Source of the DNA: Pseudomonadota bacterium | Lineage (GTDB): Bacteria; Pseudomonadota; Gammaproteobacteria; JAKAQQ01 | Direction: 5' to 3' | DNA length: 64,000 nt | NCBI GenBank assembly: GCA_027320085.1 | Contig: DAHVLZ010000018.1 | Location: forward strand, 1-64,000 | Shown here: positions 30,301-38,065 of the stretch, one piece after another | How positions within the stretch are numbered: the first letter of the stretch is position 1 | How the letters are laid out: every line of letters starts with the position of its first letter | Notes under the pieces: model-generated | The model's input: only the letters and a program-made list of their open reading frames with translations | What the model was told of the DNA's origin: nothing | Databases searched by the model: none | Made by a program: the position numbers and the translations under genes

Positions 30301-30492
30301 GACCTTGCCCATTTGGAGCAGGCGGTCGATGGAGCGGATGCTGCCCCAAGCCCCGATGCGCGAACCGGATATGCGATCGTCGAGCGTGAGCTGTACTCGA
30401 CGCTGGCCGAGTGGAGGCACATCGAGCAGGTGGATCTGCCAAGACTCAATGCGCGTCTGAAGGAGGTGGGTGAGGCACCCATAGCCGACTGA
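27322..30492 (+). CDS. Secreted VPS10/BNR-repeat glycosyl hydrolase-like beta-propeller protein
   Basis: LKWRLIGPFRAGR; many S.D.G.TW Asp-box repeats; ATHGRS; GGAG RBS before 27322. Confidence 0.85.
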   Translation: MRVRAASMLVFGAAFAAFGCAVVEAMPVSGIAHVPAIDYQALKWRLIGPFRAGRVLAVAGVPGNSRVFYFGSVDGGVWKSENAGRTWKPIFDHEPVGSIGAIAVAPSNPDIIYVGTGEADMRSDIAQGDGMYKSTDAGRHWTHLGLAGTRQIARIIIDPQNPDIVFVAALGHPYGPNAERGVFRSLDGGRHWQKVLYLNENTGAVDLAFKPGDPQTIYAALWQTRRPPWSVYPPSNGPGTGLYVSHDGGTHWMPIRGHGFPARPGRIGLAVAPTRPDWLYAIVGGTWRTGGLYRSENGGATWRHLSRDPRITQRCWYFCSLTVDPANADRLYVMDTIVLRSNDGGKHFIALKGDPTGDDYHQLWIDPTDPHRMILGSDQGTEVTLDGGKTWSTWYNQPTAQVYKISTDHRFPFWVYGSQQDSGSFALPSETIGYDGITMENFREITPGGENGNVVPDPENPNIIFGDGTGETTSVQRLNLHTGLVRDVDPMLAYPNARYRTDWTLPLVFSPYNHKTLYFANQYLFSTNDGGLHWTRISPDLSRKNPGVPPNLDPSTAKDNIDIGPRRGVIYSIAPSPFSGRVVWVGTDDGLVWRTRDGGAKWINVTPKALTPWSKVAGIELSRFHRDMAYLAIDRHRLDDETPYIYVTRNDGRTWSLMTHGIPRDDFVNVVREDPVKPGLLFAGTEYGVFVSFDDGANWQSLQLNLPVSSVRDIKIRDNDLVLATHGRSVWIMDDITPLRQMDAVHPGSVTLFKPAPAILVKPAGFTGTPFPKSEPAAANPPFGAYIDYVLPRNVSGPVVIRILDSRGKVVRRYSSTEKFMAPNPAKLDFAPEWVKPPAIPGATPGMHRLVWDLHYAGFSMPGALGREAPGVWAPPGLYTVELTVEGRTYRQPLRVEMDPNIKVSEAALLSQFHLARKIGRAEFQASQVESAAVKVLDALDTRMQAGGAEHGAVAALYLRVRYISGERPFPQHHIGFGGAPPRNLRSLAMLSQDLAHLEQAVDGADAAPSPDARTGYAIVERELYSTLAEWRHIEQVDLPRLNARLKEVGEAPIAD

Positions 30493-30784
30493 TCGATTGA
30501 GCGGGACGCATCCGGATGCGTGTCGTCGCGTCCTGCCGAGTTATCGAAAGCACGGCTTCCACTCAACCGCTGTTCGGGCCGGGTCTCCAGCTACTCGATC
30601 AACGAAAGGGGCAGCCGCATTTGGCAGTCGTTGTAGTCGTTCACTTGTGATATCCCGAAGAAGCACCCAACCCGATTGACCCGGGATCACGAAGCGGGCG
30701 TGAAGTGCAGAGGTCGGTATCCGTTCGAGCGAAAGGGGAGATTTCGCTGACTCCTCGGATATTCAGTGAGAGCGCTCTCGCCGA

Positions 30785-31609
30785 TCAGGTGGCCGGCTGA
30801 CCTGCCACCTTGCTACCCCAGCCGGTGTCTTCGGTTGCTGCTAGTGGATTGGCGCCATCCCATTGGTTGGCGATCACGCGGCGACCGGAGATCGCGTTCG
30901 CCTCGTCCGAAACCAACCAAAGCAGCGGCGGCACCATAATTGCCGGGTCGAGTAGCCTGCCTCGGGCACTCTCCGGGAAGCCAGCGGGAATCATGCCGGT
31001 CAGCGTGGCGCCGCCTGGTAGCAGGGCGTTGACGGTGACTCCGGTGCCGCGCAGATCCTGCGCCCAGATGATGGTCTCGGACTCCAGAGCCGCCTTCGAT
31101 GGGCCATAGGGCGAGAATCCGGCCCGGCGCATTGTCGAGTGGTTTATCGAGATATTCACGATGCGGCCCCATCCCGCGCGCACCATGTGCGGCGTCGCGG
31201 TACGCGCCATCAGGAACGGACCGTTGACGTTGGTATCGATCACCATCCGCCAGGTTTCGGGCTCGACTTTCCAGAACCGGGTCGGTTCGGTCATGAAGGC
31301 TTCGCTGATGTACCTCATGCCGCGGCCAGCATTGTTGACCAGGATGTCCAGGCGGCCAAACTGCTCCAGAGCAACAGCAACGACGCGTTGCGCGTCGGTT
31401 TCGCGGGTGACATCGGCGAGGATGGGGATGACTTGGTCCGTGCCCGCCTCGGCGGCCACTGCGTTGATCTCCGTGCGCTCACGGGCTGACGTCGCCACTA
31501 CTCGGATCCCGGCTTGTACTAGGCCTAGCGCCATCGCCCGGCCGATGCCGCGTCCTGCGCCGGTGACGATCGCCACGCGTTTGGGATCAGCGCCTGCGTC
31601 AATCGTCAA
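30785..31609 (-). CDS. Short-chain dehydrogenase/reductase
   Basis: TGAGRGIG, NNAG, YGPSK. Confidence 0.9.
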   Translation of the reverse strand: MTIDAGADPKRVAIVTGAGRGIGRAMALGLVQAGIRVVATSARERTEINAVAAEAGTDQVIPILADVTRETDAQRVVAVALEQFGRLDILVNNAGRGMRYISEAFMTEPTRFWKVEPETWRMVIDTNVNGPFLMARTATPHMVRAGWGRIVNISINHSTMRRAGFSPYGPSKAALESETIIWAQDLRGTGVTVNALLPGGATLTGMIPAGFPESARGRLLDPAIMVPPLLWLVSDEANAISGRRVIANQWDGANPLAATEDTGWGSKVAGQPAT

Positions 31610-31720
31610 TCCACCGCTCCAATGCGTCGAGCATGGGTGGCAAGTCGTTCACGAGCGCGTGCCAGAGCAAGCGGTGATCCAGTCCTTCCTCGTACCAGTG
31701 CGAGGCGAGAAAGGAATAGC
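31599..31720 (-). pseudogene. C-terminal fragment of a HepT/DUF86-like HEPN protein
   Basis: LASHWYEEGLDHRLLWHALVNDLPPMLDAL resembles the DUF86 C-terminus (H.Y..ID...W.....DLP.L). Confidence 0.5.
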
Positions 31721-31989
31721 TGGCCGACGCCTGGTGCACTGCGTTGTTCGCGGTGTTCGCTGAGAAGGCGGAGGGCATCGTCATCCTGCATCCGTCAATT
31801 TTACCCGGAAGGGCTCGGGGGGTGTGAGGGTGTTAGTAGTTGACTTTGTGTGCTTTTCGGCCCGCCGACCGTGATCTCTTTAGTTGCCCGCTTCACGGAC
31901 GGGTTTCATCCGGTGGTAGAGCTGAACTCCAGTGGTCCTGTTTCTTGTTGCCCCACCAAAGGTTGTGGCGTTGATAGTAACCGCCGCCA

Positions 31990-32176
31990 TCCCCGCTTCT
32001 TTGATACTGACTTCAGCAAAAACCTCCAGCGGGATCTGCTTCTCCTTGGCCTTGGAGCGGTCCTTGAACCACCACCAGCGGCCGCCGGATGGTGGGACTT
32101 CAAGATAAAGGCCGCCAGAGTCAAACAAGCGACTGGTTTTGCTCTGCGGTTTGAAATTTCTAAATGCCCCCATCAT
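31990..32176 (-). pseudogene. P4-type tyrosine integrase arm-binding domain remnant (copy 2)
   Basis: KP.....LFDSGGLYLEV.PSGGRWW.FK...KEKQI.L.VF.EVSIKEA; no core or catalytic domain follows. Confidence 0.85.
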
Positions 32177-32294
32177 TGTCTCTTCATCCCTCCAACTGGG
32201 GTGGCCCTAGTCTAGACAGCCCGAGGGGGGCGGTCAGGCCGGGAGGGGCCCTGTCGCTAGGCTGAGCTGGTGACTGTCTTGGAGGGACCGACAC

Positions 32295-32450
32295 GTGCGG
32301 ATCGCGCGCATTCGGATCGAGAACTGCGGGTCCGTCAAGTCGCTGGATTTTCAACCAGAATCGGGGCGCTGTGATGAATCCGGTTTTCCTGCCTTCAAGA
32401 TGCGGTATCGCCCGGTAGGGTATCAATTATTACTTGTCAGTTGGGGTTAG
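32295..32450 (+). pseudogene. N-terminal stub of an ABC/AAA_15-type (OLD-like) ATPase
   Basis: GGAGG RBS then MRIARIRIENCGSVKSLDFQP; similarity is lost before Walker A. Confidence 0.45.
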
Positions 32451-32479
32451 GGTGGGAAGCAGTCAGGAGGGGCAGGCGC

Positions 32480-32780
32480 TTGATCCAGAGCTTTCGGCAC
32501 AAGGGATTGAAACGGCTTTATGAGAAAGCTCTAGCCAAAGGCCTTTCGGCGGATATGGTACCGAAGATCGAGAGGATGCTGGCGCGCCTCGACGTGGTGA
32601 CAAGGCCGGAGAGGATGAATCTGCCAGGCCTCGGACTGCATTCCCCAAAAGGGGAGTTGAAACGTGACGGTTGGTTTATCGCATTGATGCCGATCCCATT
32701 CTGATCTTGGCTGTGTTCGCCAAGAAGAGGGGGAAGACGCCGGACGACATCATTCGAATTTGCCAGAAGAGGTTTCTGTC
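32480..32780 (+). pseudogene. Truncated HigB-like toxin joined to a RelE/Gp49-like C-terminal fragment
   Basis: AGGAGG RBS; IQSFRHKGLKRLYE...LPGLGLHSPKG, then in another frame VYRIDADPILILAVFAKK..KTP; no antitoxin. Confidence 0.75.
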
Positions 32781-32789
32781 CGCACTCAA

Positions 32790-33066
32790 TTCATGCTGTG
32801 CTGCCTTTTCTGTCTTGCGCGCCGCACCGGGATCCTTGCCGTTGTCGAGCTTCGTCGCACGTCATCCCGTTTGCACCGGTCTTCCTTGAGGCTCACGCGT
32901 GGAAACACTCCTAGCGACAGGCGCTTTTTTTGTTGCCGAATCTGTACTTAAGTCGCCACCATTTCCCTCCGGATGGTGCAACTTCGAGATAGAGGCCGCC
33001 TGCATCGAATAGACGACGCGGTTTGTCTGCAGATTTAGTATTCCGGATCGCGCGCTCAGTAAGCAT
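32790..33066 (-). pseudogene. P4-type tyrosine integrase N-terminal remnant (copy 1) with two frameshifts
   Basis: Translated by hand: MLTERAIRNTKSADKPRRLFDAGGLYLEVAPSGGKWWRLKYRFGNK / KRLSLGVFPRVSLKE / LDNGKDPGAARKTEK; not in the ORF track. Confidence 0.9.
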
Positions 33067-33110
33067 TACGTTTCACTCCAAAGTTGACCGGTGTGTCTGG
33101 AGCCCGACAA

Positions 33111-33164
33111 AGTTGCCCCCACCACATCACGAGTTGCCCCCATAGTTGCCCCCCAGTTGCCCCC
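33111..33164. repeat. Four direct repeats of AGTTGCCCCC, candidate integrase arm-type sites
   Basis: Copies start at 33111, 33132, 33144 and 33155, between the tRNA 3' end and the integrase ATG; partial copies at 31882 and 31947. Confidence 0.75.
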
Positions 33165-33266
33165 GCTGTTACTAAACATCATGGGGCCACTCTGGACGAA
33201 AAAAGCTCGCAAGCTCAATGCTTGTGCGGGCTTCTGGGCACTATGGGATCTCTCTGGAATTTAATT

Positions 33267-33342
33267 TGGTGGCCAGGGGCGGAATCGAACCACCGACACG
33301 TGGATTTTCAGTCCACTGCTCTACCGACTGAGCTACCTGGCC
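33267..33342 (-). tRNA. tRNA-Phe(GAA)
   Basis: GGCCAGGTAGCTCAGTCGGTAGAGCAGTGGACTGAAAATCCAC...GTTCGATTCCGCCCCTGGCCACCA. Confidence 0.98.
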
Positions 33343-33410
33343 ATTTTTTAGCTTCGTTATTTTACGCTGTTTGAGTCTTGGTCCGTCAAGGATCAAAGTT
33401 TTCCCTAGCC

Positions 33411-34274
33411 TCACCCGGAAAGAGTCGCCTCCCGTGCACGGAGCCCGGTGTTGCGGACCAGGTTCCCCAGGTGTTCGAATCCGGCAGGGGAGGGCACCTC
33501 GGCGAAGAAGCTGAGAGCGATGTGACGTCCTTGTGAACTCACCTGGTGAAACCAGCCGGCCGGCAGGAAAAGCATCTCGTTCTTCCGGATCTCGAGATCG
33601 ATCCTGTGGGGCAAAGCCTCCCGGTAGGCCGGAAATCGCTCAAAATCGGGCTTTCCGATGTCGATCGCACTGAGGTGGGGCTGTTTTTCACCCGGTTCAT
33701 ATTCGATCAACCCGGTTTCGGCGATGTGCCGGATCACGCCTCGGGGATAAAGATGCTGTGCCTCGGTCGGGGGAAATAGCGTGAATTGCTTGCGACCCTC
33801 GACCACGACGTAGAGATTGTCATTGAAGTCGTGGTGCAGGACCGTCACGATCGGGCTTGGGCTGTTGCCCATCCAGAGGACGATGCACCGCATCATGAAG
33901 TCCTTGAAGTAGTCCGGGATCGAAAAATCCCCGATGAGCTGGAGCAGCGGCGGCTCGATCAGCCGGTCAGTCTGGAGGTTGAGGTAATAAGCCGGATTGC
34001 CTCCCGGGGGGGTCATGACCTCCCGGATGAAGTGCCGGAAGGGCATGGCCACATAGGTGGTGGATTCGGCGGTGAAGAGACCCGGTCGCGGCTGTTGCAG
34101 GACCCGGACTTCATGGGCCCCGGCCTTGTAGTTGAGGTAGTCATTGGTCCACCGATGGGTCTGCCATCCCAGGACGGAGAGATCCGGCACCTGGATGATG
34201 AGCGGCTTCCGGTCGATGTAGTGGCGGAGAAAGATTTCTGCCGCGACCGGATGGGGGAGCCGGTCAATGTTCAT
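33411..34274 (-). CDS. JmjC/cupin_8 Fe(II)/2-oxoglutarate oxygenase
   Basis: LWMG, HHD (HxD), G.KQF.LFPP, LFLPAGWFHQV. Confidence 0.88.
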   Translation of the reverse strand: MNIDRLPHPVAAEIFLRHYIDRKPLIIQVPDLSVLGWQTHRWTNDYLNYKAGAHEVRVLQQPRPGLFTAESTTYVAMPFRHFIREVMTPPGGNPAYYLNLQTDRLIEPPLLQLIGDFSIPDYFKDFMMRCIVLWMGNSPSPIVTVLHHDFNDNLYVVVEGRKQFTLFPPTEAQHLYPRGVIRHIAETGLIEYEPGEKQPHLSAIDIGKPDFERFPAYREALPHRIDLEIRKNEMLFLPAGWFHQVSSQGRHIALSFFAEVPSPAGFEHLGNLVRNTGLRAREATLSG

Positions 34275-34298
34275 GGGAAGGGGCGGGCCCGGACCATG

Positions 34299-34592
34299 TC
34301 AGGGATCTTCCTCCAGTTCGGGATCCGCCCCGGGGGGTTCATAGCCGGGTGGGGGTTTCGATCCGGAACCGAAGAGAAATTGGGTCATCTCGTCCTTGAG
34401 AAACGCCCGGGCCTTGGGATCCGCTGCTGAGAGCCGGTACTCGTTGATGATCATCGTCTGACGGCGGATCCACTCCTCCCAGCCTTCTTTTGAAACCTCG
34501 TTGTAGATGCGCAGACCGAGAGTCCCCGGAAAGGGTGGCGAATCCAGCCCCGGCGCTTCTTTTCCGAGTACGACACAGCGAACCTGATGCAT
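34299..34592 (-). CDS. yggX: Fe(II)-trafficking / oxidative damage protection protein
   Basis: C......GLD..PFPG.LG.RIY.EVSK..W..W...QTM.INEYRL. Confidence 0.95.
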   Translation of the reverse strand: MHQVRCVVLGKEAPGLDSPPFPGTLGLRIYNEVSKEGWEEWIRRQTMIINEYRLSAADPKARAFLKDEMTQFLFGSGSKPPPGYEPPGADPELEEDP

Positions 34593-34622
34593 GAAAGACC
34601 CATTGAAAACCCGGCCCCGATA

Positions 34623-35747
34623 TTATCGCACCCTCTCCCCACCCTCCAAAGCTTGCCTCCATTCCGCAAGGAAACGTTGGATGGGCCGGGGCAGGGGTTC
34701 GGCTCCAAGCTTCCCTTCCCCCACCCACCGGGTCGGGCGGGTGGGGAGCCCGCCGGCATTTTCACCCACCTCCATTTCATAAACCTCGATGTGAAGTTCG
34801 AGATGGGTCAGGGGGTGCCGCAAGGCCGGATGCCGCACCAGGCGGCCACCCGGCCTGGCCCCGAGCTTTCGGAACCAGCGTTCGGGACTGTCCTGTGGGG
34901 AGATCTCCGGGAGGCAACTCATCCCTCCCCAGATCCCCTGGGGAGGACGTCTTTCAAGCAGGAGCCGGCCGCCTTTGCGGATGAGGAGAAGCTTGATCCG
35001 CCGGATCGGATGCGCGCTACGGACAGAGGCCGTTTTTTTCCGGCGGATGTGGGGGATCCCGGGGTACGGGCAGTCTTCGGCGAACGGGCAGTGGTTGCAG
35101 TCCGGATCGCGGGGTCGGCAGCGGAGCGCACCCAGATCCATCACGCCTTGCGTGTAGATGCGGGCGTCTTGTTTCGGAAGAAGCGCTTGGGCCAATGCCC
35201 AAAGCCTGCTCGTTTCCCGGGCCGTGCGCTCGGGATCGCGACCAAGATACAGTCGTGCCAGAAGCCGCCGGACGTTGCCATCGAGAACCGGGTGGGGGAC
35301 ATCCTGGCTCAAGGACAGGATTGCCCCCGCCGTGGAGAGACCGATCCCGGGGAGTGCGAGCAGCGCCTCGAGCCGTGTGGGAAAGTCCCCCCCCTTTTTC
35401 ATGACCTGCCGGGCGGCCTCATGGAGATTGCGGGCACGGGCGTAGTAGCCGAGACCGGCAAAGTGACGGAGCACGGTTTTGGGCCGCGCCCGGGCCAGGT
35501 CGGTCACCTTTGGAAAGCGTTCAAGGAAGCGCCCGTAATAGGCCTTGACGGTTTCGACCTGGGTTTGCTGGAGCATGACTTCCGAGACCCAGATGCGATA
35601 GGGATCGGTCGTGCCCTGCCAGGGGAGATCGTGTCGCCCAAAGTTCTTCTGCCAGGTGACGACCCGCTGGGCAAAGCGGGGGACAGCATGAACCCACGCC
35701 GCCTGCTCATCCGTCAAGGCAGGCGGTTTGCGCGTGTCCGGACTCAT
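34623..35747 (-). CDS. mutY: A/G-specific adenine glycosylase
   Basis: WVSEVMLQQTQV, GLGYYARARN, DGNVRR, CX6CX2CX5C Fe-S motif. Confidence 0.96.
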   Translation of the reverse strand: MSPDTRKPPALTDEQAAWVHAVPRFAQRVVTWQKNFGRHDLPWQGTTDPYRIWVSEVMLQQTQVETVKAYYGRFLERFPKVTDLARARPKTVLRHFAGLGYYARARNLHEAARQVMKKGGDFPTRLEALLALPGIGLSTAGAILSLSQDVPHPVLDGNVRRLLARLYLGRDPERTARETSRLWALAQALLPKQDARIYTQGVMDLGALRCRPRDPDCNHCPFAEDCPYPGIPHIRRKKTASVRSAHPIRRIKLLLIRKGGRLLLERRPPQGIWGGMSCLPEISPQDSPERWFRKLGARPGGRLVRHPALRHPLTHLELHIEVYEMEVGENAGGLPTRPTRWVGEGKLGAEPLPRPIQRFLAEWRQALEGGERVR

Positions 35748-37834
35748 CCGTGGGGGATCAGATGGCCCAGGAAACCGCCCAGGAGGGATTTGGCCTTGGC
35801 ACGGGCTTCGGCCTTGAGAATCGCAGAGAGGTTCGGTCTCACGCGGGGCGATTGCGGAGAGCCTGTGACCGAGATCGGGATCTTGATGCCATGCAGCGCA
35901 GGCGGCCATTCGCCTCGTCCCGCGGCATTCGGTCGGGGTGCCAAAAGGAGCTGGAGCGCGAGCCTGGGAGCCACCCAGTTGAGTTGCCCCCGGCCGGTCA
36001 CCGCGAGGCCTGGGGTTTCGAGGGCGAGGGATTCGATGTTCAGGATCGGTCCGGCGAGTCGGAAGGAGAGGTTCATCCGTCCGAGCGGGGTCACCCCACC
36101 CTGCGGCCAGGACGCCGGGATATGGCCGGTCAAGGCTTGGCGTACGGCGGATACGACACGGTCGAGATTGAGGCCCTGCCAGCGGGCCTTGTGCATGGCG
36201 AGGACTCCGTTTCCGGCGAGCGTGTGCGCGAGAGCCGCCTTGTTCTCACCGGTGAAACGGGCCACGAGACTGGCATCGAGGCGCCCGGCCAGGGGCGAAA
36301 GGTTCCGGCTGCCCAGGCTGGAGACGAGTTTGCGGGCCGAGAGCTGGTGGAGATTCAGGTTGAAGGTGAGATGGGGCGCGCCCTTGGATCCTGCGGACAG
36401 TGATCCCGCCCCGGCCAGGCGACCACCCAGGAGCTGGGCGGAGAGGGGGGAGGCCGTGAGAACTCCCCGGGCCATCTTCAGGTTAACCACGATGTTGCGT
36501 GCCCGGATTCCATCCGCATGGAGAGCGCCCAATCGGATGCGCCCACTCCCGGCATAGGCCTTGAGCCAGCTCAAGCTTTGTGTGTGAGCTGGACTCGCCG
36601 CTGTTTTCGCCACCGCCCGCACCGAAGCTTGGCTGGATTTTTTGCGGGAAACTCCTCCGGAAGTGGGTGGAGGAGTGTTCAGGGTCAGCGAGTTACCGTC
36701 CAGAAGGAAGGAGAAGGCGCGTGGTTTGCCCACGGTTCCCATCCGGAAGAAGCCCCTCCAATGTTCCGGGCCCAGCCCCACGGCCATCTGCGTGAGGGAT
36801 AGCTCCCGTGCCGTGATGTGCCAGGCGGCCACGAAGGTCAGGGGGGGGCGACCCGTTCCGTTCCGGAGGAGATGGTCGAGCCCGGCGCCGAACCAGGGTT
36901 CGATCCGGTCGAGTCTCAGGTTCACACGGCCGGAGAGTGAGCGGAGCGCACTCGGCGCCAGTCTTCCTTCAGCTGCTAAAAATCCTGTAAATCCATTACC
37001 TTGAATATTTATCTTGTGAATTGAGATTAACTCTTTGGACAGGTTCAAACCAAGGCTTTTGGCCTCTCCGCGAAGAACCAGGTGGCGAGGTTTCGTGACC
37101 GTCAAGCGGAAGGAGGTCCCGCGGAGATTGAGTCCCTCCGTGGGTTGGTAGAGAACTTGGGTTTTGAGTTCCAGTGTGGCCGAGATGCTCTGGGGATGGT
37201 GGGTCGAGATCTGTGCCTTGAGCAGGAAGGGGAAACGCCGTGCCGGCTCGATGGGTCCTGCCTTGACCTCGCGGAGATGGAGGTGATCGACCGCCCCCGT
37301 CTTCCGATTGATCACACTGATTGTGACATGCTGGAGATGGATCCGGCCGAGAGCCGCGAATGGAAGGCTCGTACGCCGGGGGGGTGCCTTGCTTTTCGCC
37401 GGGGCTGGCTTGGCCGCGCCGGCCAACCGGGCCAAAGGCGCATAGTTGCTGATGCCCCTCCGGTTCGTGAGGAGTGTGAGTGCGATGTGACTCAGGCTGA
37501 GCTCGGTCACTTCGATATGCCCGCTGATCAGGGGGATGAGACTGACCCCGACCGCGGCCTGGCCGACCGAAAGGAGTGGCGGCCCCTGGAAACCCGGCGG
37601 GTTTTCCAGGGTCGTCCGGCTCAGGGTGAGCCCGAGCGTCGGAAAAACCGAAAGCCGGACCGGTCCTTTGATCTTGAGCGTGAGGCCGGTTTCCTGGCGG
37701 ACAAGCCTTGTGATCTCCCGGCGGACGAACCCGGTCGGGATGAGCCGGGGTCCGATGAAAAGTACGAGGACCAGGACCAGGAGGATGCCCCCGGCAATCC
37801 AGGGGCCACGGGAACGGCCCTGGGGACGGCTCAT
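35744..37834 (-). CDS. AsmA family protein
   Basis: N-terminal TM followed by TG..L.I.G.V.LSVFP.LG; conserved position upstream of mutY. Confidence 0.85.
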   Translation of the reverse strand: MSRPQGRSRGPWIAGGILLVLVLVLFIGPRLIPTGFVRREITRLVRQETGLTLKIKGPVRLSVFPTLGLTLSRTTLENPPGFQGPPLLSVGQAAVGVSLIPLISGHIEVTELSLSHIALTLLTNRRGISNYAPLARLAGAAKPAPAKSKAPPRRTSLPFAALGRIHLQHVTISVINRKTGAVDHLHLREVKAGPIEPARRFPFLLKAQISTHHPQSISATLELKTQVLYQPTEGLNLRGTSFRLTVTKPRHLVLRGEAKSLGLNLSKELISIHKINIQGNGFTGFLAAEGRLAPSALRSLSGRVNLRLDRIEPWFGAGLDHLLRNGTGRPPLTFVAAWHITARELSLTQMAVGLGPEHWRGFFRMGTVGKPRAFSFLLDGNSLTLNTPPPTSGGVSRKKSSQASVRAVAKTAASPAHTQSLSWLKAYAGSGRIRLGALHADGIRARNIVVNLKMARGVLTASPLSAQLLGGRLAGAGSLSAGSKGAPHLTFNLNLHQLSARKLVSSLGSRNLSPLAGRLDASLVARFTGENKAALAHTLAGNGVLAMHKARWQGLNLDRVVSAVRQALTGHIPASWPQGGVTPLGRMNLSFRLAGPILNIESLALETPGLAVTGRGQLNWVAPRLALQLLLAPRPNAAGRGEWPPALHGIKIPISVTGSPQSPRVRPNLSAILKAEARAKAKSLLGGFLGHLIPHG

Positions 37835-37872
37835 GGCGATCCACTCCTCGCGCTCGGGGGATTTTTGGACAG

Positions 37873-37946
37873 TGGAGCGGGTGATGGGAATCGAACCCAC
37901 GTCACCAGGTTGGGAACCTGGAACTCTACCATTGAGCTACACCCGC
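37873..37946 (-). tRNA. tRNA-Gly(CCC)
   Basis: GCGGGTGTAGCTCAATGGTAGAG...TTCCCAA...GGTTCGATTCCCATCACCCGCTCCA. Confidence 0.97.
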
Positions 37947-38065
37947 GGATGCGAGCCTGATCAATACAGCTTAAGGGCTCGCGGGCAGTCTGGCAAGCGG
38001 AGGATTCGGCGCGTCTGACCAAACTCCTCTATAGTGTGTGCTGGATGGATGCTTTCTCCCGGTCA

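Noticed and set aside
33111-33164. Possible mini-CRISPR or iteron array
   Set aside because: 10-bp units with 1-11 nt gaps and no rep or cas gene. The position fits integrase arm sites better.
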